NCBI RefSeq assembly: GCF_018977255.1 | Contig: NW_024704742.1 | Span: 125,986,001 to 126,050,000, forward strand | DNA from: Callorhinchus milii | Lineage: Eukaryota | Reading direction: 5' to 3' | Length of the DNA: 64,000 bases | Shown: positions 1 through 11,230 of the stretch, in pieces | How the letters are laid out: the number at the start of each line of letters is the position of its first letter | Numbering within the stretch: the stretch's first letter is position 1 | Translations under genes and position numbers: made by a program | Notes under the pieces: model-generated | Database searches by the model: none | Seen by the model: the letters and a program-made list of their open reading frames with translations, nothing else | Told to the model about the DNA's origin: nothing

Positions 1-14
1 TTGAGAGAGGGGCA

Positions 15-329
15 GTCCTGTAGCTCAGTGCTTCGAGCACTCGCTTTGCAAGTGAGAGACCTGAGTTCAATTCCAGGCAGGGCGAAACCTTGGGCAAGTT
101 TCCTTACTCCACCCGACTAAAAGTAATCCCTCCAAAAACCCAAAACAATAATAAATTGGTCATTTTCAATCTACGACTGTTTGTGGGACATTGCTGTGCG
201 CAATTGGCTGCCGCGTTTGCCCGCAAATATACAGTCAATTCACTTTACAGTGTGTTCTGTGAAGCGCTTTGGGACGTCCTCCCGACGTGAAAAGCGCTAT
301 ATCAAATGCAAGGATTATTATTATTATTA
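15..329 (+). mobile_element. Young tRNA-derived SINE (Deu-like body, L2-type tail), short form
   Basis: A box TAGCTCAGTG, B box GAGTTCAATTCC, body CTGTTTGTGGGACATTGCTGTGCGCAATTGGCTGCCGCG, end GGGACGTCCTCCCGACGTGAAAAGCGCTATATCAAATGCAAGGA(TTA)n. Confidence 0.88.
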
Positions 330-540
330 GGGGGCAAGGCGGAGGGATTGAGGGAGAGTGTTCCAGAGTTTTGGGGCTTAGTGGCTGAAAGCATGAAAGC
401 ACGATGGTGGGGCGGAGGGTGTGAGGGACAAGTAGGAGGCCTGTGCCAGTCGAGCGGAGGCACCGGGTGGTGGATTGGGGAATGAGGAGGTCGGAGAGGT
501 AGCGAGGTGCCACGGAGTGAATGGATTTGAAATTATAAAT
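330..540 (-). mobile_element. L2 LINE 3' ORF2 fragment
   Basis: Minus-strand translation FKSIHSVAPRYLSDLL...RCLRSTGTGLLLVP resembles the C-terminus of the L2 at 7470-9731. Confidence 0.75.
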
Positions 541-1679
541 GAATTCCACATTCTCACCATCCACTGCATGAAGCCTTTCCTCCTAAATTCCCTATTATAT
601 CTACTGCTAGCTATCTTATATTTATGTCATCTAGTTTTGGACTCACCAACCCTGTTCCCTTGAGAATGCTGATTGAGAGTGGCCTCGCTGCAAATCCTTC
701 CTTATTTGCATAAGTTGGATTCGAGACATTCTGTGATTTGTTTTGATTTTTGCCACATTTATGTACACTTCCCCACACTCCAGCAGAAGAACATTGTCAG
801 TACCGTGGAAGCATATTTAAGTAGGATTTTGATATTTTCCCAGTGGTGCAAAATTCCTTGCAGTGTGACGCAAAATAACACATCGGGAAGCGTATCTGCT
901 AGGGCAGATTTTCCTGGAGACGTATTTAAAGTAAATAAAGTCTTGCCCAGACTTGCTGATCATGTAGACTTATCAACCTTAATTAACCCTGTGGTGCTCT
1001 TGAAAAGTACTGGATGGGGAAAAGGGATCTCATTGATGTACAATGCAGTAACATGAAGACATCACGTGGAAGGAATTTTGCATCTGAGCTGAGTTAACTA
1101 GACAATAACATTGCTAACAAACTGCCTATTTATATCTGCTGTCTCTGAAGTGCCAGGCCTGATCTAATGCCAGACAACGTAAAGTCTCAGAGGGTACCAG
1201 GTAGATTGGGTGATTTGTCTAATGCTGCTGCTCTTTGCATTAGATGTGTCTCCTGCAGCAGTGTGGAGGCCACTCTTCATTCCATACACTACCTTTGGGG
1301 ATGCGGAATGAAGGGATGGGGGAATGGGGAGAGGATGTCACTCTTCCAATTTTGAATTTTCTTATTCCAAAGGCAGCAGCTGTCCAATCTCTTGAAGCAT
1401 CATCCAGCAGTTGGCTGCAGAACAGCTTGTTCTGGTAGTGGTGGAGACTGCTGGCAGGCAGCCCAACTAAACCATCCCGAGCTGTGGGAACCTCTTCCTC
1501 TCCAAGCCATGTCCAGGGTATCTGACCTCTCCTTCCTTTGCATTTCAAGCTTTTTGGGATGGTCAGTGATCAGGCGTTTGCATTGTACAGCCCAACTGCC
1601 TTGACCAGTATTCAATAAAAGGAGTTTACCCTGAGAGAGTTAACGACAATACAAACAGTACAGATTTACAGTTATACAG

Positions 1680-2013
1680 TTTGTGGAGTCCTGTAGCTCA
1701 GTGGTTAGAGCACTCGCTTTGCAAGTGAGAGACCTGAGTTCAATTCCAGGCAGGGCGAAACCTTGGGCAAGTTTCCTTACTCCACACGCCTAATAATAAT
1801 CCCTCCAAAATCAAAAACTATGATAAATTGGTCATTTTCAATCTACGACTGTTTGTGGGACATTGCTGTGCGCAATTGGCTGCCGCGTTCGCCCACAAAT
1901 ATACAGTCAATTCACTTTACAGTGTGTTCTGTGAAGCGCTTTGGGACATCCTCCCGACGTGAAAAGCGCTATATCAAATGCAAGGATTATTATTATTATT
2001 ATTATTATTATTA
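1680..2013 (+). mobile_element. Young tRNA-derived SINE, short form, full length
   Basis: Starts TTTGTGGAGTCCTGTAGCTCAGTGGTTAGAGC and ends (TTA)n. Nearly identical to the copies at 15, 31845 and 60135. Possible TACAG target duplication. Confidence 0.9.
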
Positions 2014-2411
2014 CAGAGTTCTGAATGGTTTGTGTCTTGTGAAGGGACGAGGTGGGTAGTCCAGAGAGCAGAGAGTTGATGTAATCTAGCCCGGATGTAA
2101 TCAATGCATGGATTAGGGTATCGGAGGCCCAACAGGAGAGATAGAGGCAGAGGTGGGCAATGTTATAGAGGTTGGAGAAAGCTAAGTGGGCCAGAGCACG
2201 GATGTGAGGTTTAATTGACTGTTGAGATTTGCACAAGAAGTTCAGCACAGGCTCCTTGAGGTGGAGTGTGCTTCCAAGTAGTTTGATACTGTCAGCGCCT
2301 GTGGTGAGAAGGCACCAATGGGAGCCACTGATGAGAGAAGGCACTGATTTAAATGCTCTGAGACGCTACCCTGCATGGAGGGTGCTATATAAGTGCAAGT
2401 TGTTGTTGTTG
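2014..2411. mobile_element. Decayed L2 ORF2 fragment (-) followed by an isolated L2 3' tail (+, about 2350-2411)
   Basis: Minus strand HIRALAHLAFSNLYNIA...TLIHALITSGLDYINSLLSGLP. Tail GCTCTGAGACGCTACCCTGCATGGAGGGTGCTATATAAGTGCAA(GTT)n. Confidence 0.7.
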
Positions 2412-4577
2412 AGCGTCCGTCTTGTCAATATTCAACTGAAGAAAGTTTGAGCTCATTCCAGCTCTAACTATGTATGTTTATACAGAAACATCCTGAGAGC
2501 AGGGATTCTTGAATTCAGTCATGATGGTGAGAATCAGGCTCTTTTATCCTCACTGTAATTTTAAGCAGGAGTAAAACGTTGCTCCAATGAGCCATCTGAC
2601 TTCCCAAGAGATTTCCAACTTCAATTGGGTTCTGCATTGTATTCATCTATTTTCTCAAGAGTAAAAGCTAATCATCAGCCATGAACAAGGCAAGTCTATG
2701 TCATAGCTTAGATTGGTCACTGCTAATGGGATTCAAAGCTTTGGTCTTTGAAAGTACTGTCTTAAGTACCAATGCCCTGCTCCAATCCACTGCAGTCTTT
2801 TGATCCAGAAGGTGTTCTCCTAATCTGGTTTCACATTCAGTTGCATGCATAAAGGCTGAGAGAATCTGCTGACATTTTATTGGGAGGGGAAAGAAACAGA
2901 TGTTCAGGGTTACTACATTATATAAGCCATGGCAGAAACTTTGCTGAATTTAAGATAAATCAGCTTAGGGCGAGCTACTCACTCTGTGCTGCAAATAAAC
3001 AGAGATTAATGAGGACATGAGGTTGCCATTTTGTGACCTTGGTTTTTTTCCCTCATTTCAGTTGATATCCACAGTGCATTCATACATTATCAAAGAAAAA
3101 CATGATGGTGAATTGGATGGGGGTATGTTAGTTTCAATGCAGCCCTGCTGAGCGCAACATTACTCTTGAAACAAAAAAATATATATTTTGTGTTTGCTAC
3201 TTTACAACTGCTCAGAGTCCATCCGTGAGGATGCCTCTGAGGTAGGTCCTGTTTCAGTTGCTTCCCCTGTATGTTATTCCTGTTGCATTGCATGTTTGGG
3301 TTTGGTGAGGAGATGTCCTTTGCAGTATCCCAATGCCAGCCATGAAGTTTGACCATGCCCATTTCACATAGGTTAATACAACAGTTGAATTAGGAGTGGG
3401 ACTACCTTGGAGAATTGATCTCTCTCTGAAACGACTTTGCATCAATTACAGTAACTGGGGAGAGGAAAGACAAAAACTCCCTTTTCCTTTTAAGAAGTAG
3501 GTAGCAGACAGGTTTAACATCTCATCCGAAAGATGGCTGCTCTAAAAATGCAGAGCTCCCCCAGCACTGCATTGAAGTGTCATCTTAGACTATGATCTTA
3601 GGTATCATGTTAACGCATCTCCAAGTGCTTGACAAGCAATTAGTCAAGTGGAGTGACTGCTTTTGTAGACAAAAACATGCGTAGACAAAAGCCAGTTGCA
3701 CCAGGTAAATAGAACATTTGAGTGCTTGACCTTTTGGGAGTGTGAGTATTTTTGAACTTTTTCTGATTATTAAATAAAGAACAATTGACACTTTCTTTCT
3801 ACAGTTGAAGAATATTGATTTGAAGTTGCTCGCTGACACATCATCATTCGGACCATTAGAAACAACAAAGCTTTACATCAAAGACAGAATCTAAATGGGA
3901 TTGTTGAGATGGGTGGGCGGGGAGGCAAATGAAGTCTCAGATTTGATCTGAATGTGATTTGTTCTCATTGCAGTGAATAAAGTGGCTTCCAATCACAGGA
4001 GAGACTTGGACAGGCAGGCAGTGAAGCGGAAAGTGGATCGGCCAGGCGGGCTGATCAGGGAAGAGAACAGGGAGAGGGAGGAAGAAGGGGTAAGCAGGTC
4101 AGAGCAGAGAAGACTGAAAGAGAATAGGTTAAAAGGGAGCATAGTCAAATTGGATTGGGGTGGTGCAGAGCAATGACTATAGACTGCAGAATCCTATAGA
4201 TACTGTGTTTTTTTTAGAAAGGGAATGTCTTCCTGTATCCTGTGCATAGGATCAAAGCTTTGTAGAAAGTGGGAATCCCTGAAGGGATGCGAGTTGTGTC
4301 GTTTGTAAAGCCGTGAGCTGAAGCTTCCTGTGGCTAAAAAAAATCCACCAGTCCACAAAAGCCTTTGAGGACTGAATTTCCTTTAATACCAAGAATTTAA
4401 GATAATCACAAAGCTTATTAAAGGGGTGATTAGAAAAAAAGTATTTGCATAAAGTATGGTTGGTTGTAGAATTCTTCTCCATAATCCATTGGTGAGTCCA
4501 TCTATTCTTTTAAAAGAGAATGAGATAGCTGTTTGAAAAAAACAATATTATTAAAATAATAATTGCACTTAATATAG

Positions 4578-5100
4578 TGCCTTCCCAACTCTTCCCTCCG
4601 CAGGCTGCAGATAATCCAGAACTCTGCAACCCGTGTCCTCTCCTGCACCAAACTCCGTGACCCCATCTCTCCCACACTCGTCCGACTCCACTGGCTCCCT
4701 ATCCTTCAGAGGATCCAGTTCAACATCCTGGTCCTCCCATACAAAGCCCTCCATGGCCTCGCCCCACCCTACCTCTGCGACCTCCTAACCCCGTACCAAC
4801 CCGCCCGTTCCCTCTGCTCAGCCGGCTCAGGCCTGCTCCACATCCCCCAACCCACCCACCCCCACCATTGGCGGGAGAGCCTTCAGCCACTCTGCCCCCA
4901 ATCTCTGGAATTTCATCCCCCAGTCACTTCGCCTCGCCCCCTCCTTAGCCTCCTTCCAGTCCCGCCTCAAGATCCTCCTCTTCGACCATGCTATCGGCCA
5001 CCCCCCTTCCCCTTCCCCTCCCCTCCCTTACCCCCCCAACCCCAGCTCAGGTCTGAAATGCTGTTCACTGTCCTCCCGACGTGAAAGGCGCTATGCTGTT
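4578..5100 (+). mobile_element. L2 LINE 3' fragment
   Basis: L2 C-terminal coding remnants, C-rich 3' UTR and GTCCTCCCGACGTGAAAGGCGCTAT end. Same subfamily as 14918-15712 and 32360-32612. Confidence 0.85.
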
Positions 5101-6964
5101 ATCATGGTATTGAAACATCTCAAATAAATGCACAGAATTTTACTTTGAAATGTGTGTTTGCAGGCAAACACAATGTAAGGTTATGGAGAGCAAACAAGAG
5201 TCTAGGAATACATTATAATACAATGCAAATTAGATTTATATAGCTACTCAAAGTAGTTTACATTGCTGGCTGGGCACCTGAGCCAGGGTTGAGGGTGGCA
5301 GGAGCTGAGTGGGAAAGGAAAAGATGACGAGAATGCAGGAAAAGATGTAAATCGGGCTTTGAACGTTGAGAGAGAGGGGACAAGTCAGAGGGAATTCAGA
5401 GTGGAGTTCCAGAGAGCAAAAGCAGAATAGCTGAACACTGGCCTTCCAATGGTGGGGCAGTTAGGGGAGGGACATAAAACAGGCCGGTGTTTGCTGAACA
5501 AAAGGAGCAATGGAGTCAGTAGGTTTGTAGGAATCGGTAGGTTTGTAGGAGGCTGCAGTTGTTAGCTTATGTGGAGGAAAAACACTAGCACAGACTTGAT
5601 AGGTCAAATGAGCTGTTTTTGTGGTGTGACATTCTGTGATGATGTTTCAGCAGAATGGTAGCCACAACTGCTGGTCAAGAGAGGGGTATAGGTGGCCGGA
5701 TTTATTGCTTTAAAGGAACATCAAATTGAATATATTACATTGAAATGACTGTACTGAATATGATGTTTTCGTTAATCATTGTCAAATACCTTAAAAAGGG
5801 TTGAGATTTCTTTAATTTAAGCACACCTTTATTTATAAAGCTCATTCACAGCAAAGGAAATAAACCGTAAAATCTGTTGCTTTTGTTCTTGTCGCTTGGT
5901 TCACTCACGACAGCTCGAAGTAATTTATAGTTTGCCCTTTGGCTTTGTCCTTTCCTTGTTGGCATGAGCAAACAATCCAGTAAAATGTAGTCCTTTGCAG
6001 TCAATTAGTCTATTAGATTTATTGCTGAGCAGACACAGAGACACATGTCCCTTAATGAAGTCAACATGTGGCTGCATCTATCTTCAGCAGCTGATGTGTT
6101 CCCTGCACATCATCTCAAATCTTTATTCAGCCTCATTAGTAAGGCTCCTCTGGATGCACAAGATAGCTTTAAGTGAGTTCTTCTTTCTAGAATATATCTC
6201 TCTTTTACAGGAATTTACAAACCTGTTTCTCTCCTTTAAGCTCACTGTAATATTGGCAAGGAAGCCCCCCTTTTCTCTGACTTCTTATTTGTTCGTTAAA
6301 GTTTTCTTGTTTATTTCAGGACATATTTCAGTGTTATGTCAGTGCTCTAGATTTTCAAATATATTTATTTTTAAATACAATAGCTTTATTTCAATCTTGG
6401 GAGAGGAGTAGATCATACAACCCTTTAGTCGATTCGACCTTTGTGTCGAATTAAGGCAAATCTTTTGATCCCATTCCTTGCCTTTTCTTCATATCCCTCA
6501 ATAGTTTTCGCCCACAAATACACAACCAATCCACTTTACAATATATTCTGTGAAGCGCTTTGAGGCGTCTCAATGACATGATTAAGTGCTATATCAAATT
6601 CAAGAATTATTATTAGTTCAACATTGCTAAACGTGCAGTTGAAGCAGAGCATTAGTTACTTTTGGGTGAATTTTGAGGGTAGTGCCATTGAATAGCTCTA
6701 GTTCAGGTAAGGCATACGTAAATTATCTCTGTGGTATCTCTGTGCTGCACCGTATAATATATGCTGGTGCCAGAAGTGCCGTGATGCCGCCAACCTAAGC
6801 AGAACTGTCTCCTTCGGAGAAAAGTAAAAACATTTTTAAAATGGTTATTGCTGTCGGCTCCAATACAGTCTGGTAATCGGGTTCTTATATGAGAATTCTC
6901 TCACTGTCCCGACTGCTAATGTAGTTTTCCATTTCCAGCATTAGTGAAGGGTTGAGTCTCATTC

Positions 6965-7205
6965 AGACCCGATGGTGCAGTGCATAGAGCAGTAGCTTCC
7001 AGACCAGGAGCTCGCTGGTTCAAATCCTGTCTGTGCTGAGTTTGCAGGTCTCAGTGTGGCGACAAGGGAAGCTTAAATGGCACCAGCTTTTCCAGCCAGG
7101 ATTTTTAGTGAATCAGCCAGGGTTCTTGCTCCTAGTCCCTCTACAGAACCCTCTACTTGTGTGTGTGTGTGTGTTTGGCAGCTGTATGACGAGAGGTCAG
7201 CTTTG
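6965..7205 (+). mobile_element. Old tRNA-headed SINE-like element (second family; related copy at 43660-44060)
   Basis: A-box-like TGGTGCAGTGC, B box GGTTCAAATCC, then TGTGCTGAGTT...AATCAGCCAGGGTTCTTGCTCCT, weakly collinear with 43660-44060. Confidence 0.5.
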
Positions 7206-7218
7206 ATTCTCTCTACAG

Positions 7219-7452
7219 CGGGGGTCTCCAACCTATCGATCACAGTTAATTGGCGCTCTCACTCATGATCAAAAAGCCCAGAGGAAGGAGCAATAGAAAT
7301 ATTTGTTATTGCGTCCAATGGAAAACAAAGCCAGTTGCACAAAGTATTTCATGCATCTCGAAAAAAAATTTTTTTTAAGCTGTGCTAAATATCGTTCCTT
7401 CCTTTTAGTTTTTATGAGGACGTGTACCTCGATCAACGGTTGGAGACTCCTG
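7219..7452. mobile_element. hAT (Charlie-like) MITE, 234 bp
   Basis: TIRs CGGGGGTCTCCAACC / GGTTGGAGACTCCTG. Flanking 8-mers CTCTACAG (7211-7218) and TTCTACAT (7453-7460) form a degenerate 8-bp TSD resembling the NTCTAGAN Charlie target. Confidence 0.75.
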
Positions 7453-7469
7453 TTCTACATTCAAGTGCT

Positions 7470-9731
7470 CCACTGACAGTCCTCTGAACTCCTCTCCCTT
7501 TGGCCTTCATCCCTCACTGACCCCTCTTCTGCTCTCACCGTCCTCCACAACATTCTCTCCTCCACGCGCAACACCCTTGCCCCCCTCACCTCCCATACTG
7601 TCTCTTACTCTCGCTCCTCCCACTGGTTCACCAACCACGTCCACTCACTGAAGAGCCAGGTGCGGGCCGCTGAATGCACCTGCCTCAAATCTGGCCTAAC
7701 GGTCCACCGACAAAGCTGGCTGGACCTCCTCAAAATCTACCGCTCCACTCTAACCTCGGCCAAGTCGTCCTTCTACTCCAGGATAATCCTGGAGGTGAAG
7801 AACAACCCCAGGCTTCTGTTCTCCACCACATGCCGACTCCTCCGTCCCCCCCGCCACCCCGCGCAGGTCATCACCTCCAACCTTCACTGCGAAGAGATGC
7901 TGGATTTCCTTGAATCCAAAATCAAGGGAATCCGCTCCGACGTCACTGCCCCTCCAACTTCCACCCACCCTTCCCTCCCACACTCCGACTCCTACCCATC
8001 CTCCCCTACACACCTTTGAACCCGTTTCCCCACCCTCTGTCACCAAACTCATCCTGTCCTTGAAACCCACCACCTGCTCCCTGGACCCCATCCCCACTCC
8101 ACTCCTTATCTCCCAGCTCCACCTCCTTGCCCCACTTCTCACAGACACTATTAACCTATCCCTCTCCTCTGGCTCTGTTCCTATTCCCCTCAAAACTGCC
8201 ACCATCACTCCCACATTGAAAAANCCCTCCCTTGAATGCATCACAGCTATCAAGCTACCGGCCCATCTCCAACCTCCCATTCCTGTCCAAGGTTCTCGAA
8301 AAAGTCGTCGCCTCCCAGCTGCGCTCTTTCCTCTCCACCCACTCACTTTTCGAACCCCTCCAGTCGGGTTTCCGTGCTCCCATAGCACGGAAACCGCCCT
8401 GGTCAAGGTCACCAATGACATCTTGACCATCTGCGACCAGGGCTCCCTCTGCCTCCTCGTCCTCCTCGACCTATCGGCCGCATTCGATACGGTTGACCAC
8501 TCTATCCTCCTCCACCGATTGTCCTCCCACCTCAACCTTCAAGGCCCTGTCCTTGAGTGGTTTAGGTCCTACCTCTCCCACTGTCTTTATTTTGTCTCTG
8601 CAAACTGCTTTTCCTCCAGTCTCTCAGGGCTCTGTCCTCGGTCCCCTCCTCTTCACCCTCTATATGCTCCCCCTCGGTGACATCATCCGCAGACATGGGG
8701 TTAACTTCCACATGTTTGCGGATGACACCCAACTCTACCTTTCCTCTTCTACCCTCAACTCCACGACCACCGATGTCCTGACAGCGTGCCTGTCCGACAT
8801 CGAGTCCTGGACGAGAGACAACTTTCTTCAGCTCAATGTGCGCAAAACTGAGGCCCTTCTGATTGGCTCGCGTCAGCGCCTCCGCACCTCAGGCGCTGAC
8901 AGCATCAGCATCCAAGGCTGCACTCTCCTCCTCTCAAAGCCGGTCAGGAACCTCGGTGTTCTGTTCGACCCTGAGCTTTCCTTTCTTCCCCACATCCGCG
9001 CCACAGCTGGCACTGCCTTCCACCACCTCCGGAACATCGCCAGACTACGGCACTACCTCACCCCTCACGCTGCTGAAACTGGTCCACGCCTTCATCACCT
9101 CAAGGCAGGACTACAGGAACTCTCTCCTCGTCGGCCTTCCCGGCACCTCCCTCCACAAGCTGCAGGTCATTCAGAACTCTGCAGCTCATGTACTGTCCCG
9201 CACCAGACTACGCGACCACATCACTCCCACCCTCGCTCGCCTCCACTGGCTCCCCATCCCCCAGAGGATCGAATTCAAGATCCTCATCCTCACCTACAAG
9301 GCCATTCACGGCCTTGCACCCTCCTACCTCTCCAACCTACTATGCTCCCACGTACCTGCCTGTACCCTCCGTTCCTCTGGCTCCAGTCTGCTCCACATCC
9401 CCTGCCCTAACCGCCCTACCATCAGTGGCCGGGCTTTCAGCCTCTCAGCCTCTAGGCTCTGGAACTCTATCCCCCAGTGCCTTCGCCTTGCCTCCTCCCT
9501 TTCCTCCTTCAAGGCCGATCTCAAGACCTTTCTCTTCAACCGTGCCTTCAGCTCCCCTTGCGACTCTCTACCCCCTCCTCGCTCCCTCCCTTCCCTCCCC
9601 TCCTCGCTCCCTCCCTTCCCTCCCCCCCTGACCATTTCCCCCCTGCTCAGGTCCCGACCCAACTGTCCAGCGCCTTGGGACGTCCTCCCAACGTGAAAGG
9701 CGCTCTATAAATGCAATCTTGTTGTTGTTGT
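7470..9731 (+). mobile_element. L2-clade LINE, 5'-truncated (about 2.3 kb), frameshifted reverse transcriptase pseudogene
   Basis: RT motifs spread over several frames: [90 protein letters not shown]. 3' end GCGCCTTGGGACGTCCTCCCAACGTGAAAGGCGCTCTATAAATGCAATC(TTG)n. One N base at 8224. Confidence 0.95.
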
Positions 9732-9748
9732 AACTACCAATGATTAAT

Positions 9749-9974
9749 CTGAAACAGAAGTCGATGGAAACACTCAGCAGGTCAGGCAGCATCTATGGAG
9801 AAAGGAAAGTGAGTCAACGTTTTGGGTCTACAACCCATCATCAGAACCAATTCCCAGGACCCAAAACGTTGACTCGCTTTCCTTTCTCCATAGATGCTGC
9901 CTAACCGGCTGAGTGTTCCCAGCGACTTCTGTTTTTGTTTCAGATTTCCAGCATCTGCAGTATTTTGTGTTTTG
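9749..9974. mobile_element. Penelope-like pseudo-LTR remnant arranged as an inverted repeat, with a degenerate hammerhead motif
   Basis: Arms about 9749-9828 and 9858-9943 are reverse complements. Exact 14-bp direct repeat TACCAATGATTAAT at 9735-9748 and 9975-9988. Minus strand 9811-9847 reads GTT-CTGATGA-TGGGTTGTAGACCC-AAAA-CGTTGACTC. Confidence 0.75.
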
Positions 9975-10214
9975 TACCAATGATTAATTTCCATGGGGCA
10001 GGGCACCTGAGGACAACTAGCACTCATAGAACACAACCCCAGCAAGAGGAGGCTAGACCTGGTGTTTAGAGGCGTATACGAATGGCACAAAAATGCACAG
10101 ATCCTGAACACATTATACAGTATTGATAAAAAAGAAAAAAGTCTGTTTATAATTGTGAAATAAATGCAGCTACTTTGAATCCAAAAATGTGTAAAATTGA
10201 AGTTTACTATGATA

Positions 10215-10610
10215 AATGAGACCTAATAGAGGTCTTCAAAATCATGAGGGGATTTGATAGGTTAGAAAGGGAAAAACTGTTTCCACTGGTGGGTTTGTCG
10301 GTGACACAAGGTCACAGATTCAAAATAGTATCTAAAAGAAGCAGAGGGGAGGTGAGAAGAAATTTTTTCACGCAGTGAATTGTTCGAATCTGGAACGCAT
10401 TGCCTGAAAGGGTGGTCGAGGCCGATTCGATAACTACTTCTAAAAACGCGGTGGTTGGGTATTGAGGAGGACGGGTTTACAGGGTTATGGGGAAAGGGCT
10501 GGGGAGTGGGATTGACATTAAGTGCTCTATTCAAAGAGCTGGCACAAACTCGATGGGACGAATGGCCTCTTTTTGTGCTGTACAATTCTATAATTCTATG
10601 ATTCTATGAT
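10215..10610 (+). mobile_element. CR1 LINE 3' end
   Basis: DLIEVFKIMRGFD...TQGHRFKI...R.NFF-type remnants, 3' UTR GGGACGAATGGCCTC and (ATTCTATG)n tail. Confidence 0.88.
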
Positions 10611-10884
10611 AACTGCCATTCACCTTATCCAGAATAGGAAAGAACAGACAAAGTAATGATCTGTTTCCTATTTGAAAAAATAGACATCAACAACTTCAAC
10701 CACAATTTACATTGATATAGCACCTTCACTTAAAATAACACCCCGGATTGTTACTACAGTCAAATTTAGCATGACTTCCCACTGAGCGCAAGGAGATGAG
10801 CAGCCCATTGATCTGATTGCTTTAGGGTGAATTTAGATCATGAACGAAATTTAGACAGGACAACCTGGGGATTCATAAAATACT

Positions 10885-11230
10885 GAAAATAACAATCCTT
10901 GCATTTGATACAGTACTTTCCTCTTCAGGAGGATGTTTTAAAGTGCTTCAGAGGATTCACTGAGTGTGTGTTTTGTAGGCGAACACAGCAGCCAATTTGC
11001 ACATAGTAATGTCCCACAAACAGCCATGAAAGAAATGAACCAATTTTTATCTGTGGGGATGTTGGGCGGGCCATTAGGAAAAATCCTTCTTGGTTCGAAT
11101 GATGGCATGGAGTCCTTTAAATTCCACCTGAACAGGCAGACACAACCTCAGTTTAATATTTAATCTAAAAACTTACAACTTTGATAATGTAGCGCGCCCC
11201 CAGCACTGCAATGAGTGTCAACCGAGACTG
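10885..11230 (-). mobile_element. Old Deu-domain SINE (SacSINE1/AmnSINE1-like)
   Basis: Plus strand CACCTGAACAGGCAGAC...CCCCAGCACTGCA core and AATCCTTGCATTTGATA tail. Similar decayed copies near 3470-3600, 13968-14244, 19690-19920, 28320-28530 and 35290-35580. Confidence 0.65.

Noticed and set aside
1100..1620. Overlapping short ORFs and a small hairpin CTTCATTCC/GGAATGAAG
   Set aside because: No recognisable homology or splice context; a 9-bp stem is expected by chance in 64 kb.
1685..1760. tRNA-like genes (Ala/Val-like anticodon arms) at SINE heads
   Set aside because: No proper acceptor stem or Pol III terminator after the T arm; each continues into a SINE body and tail.
7660..9696. Long ORFs (256, 305, 277 aa) as a functional reverse transcriptase gene
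   Set aside because: RT motifs are split across at least four frames and there is no endonuclease domain or ORF1: a dead, truncated L2.
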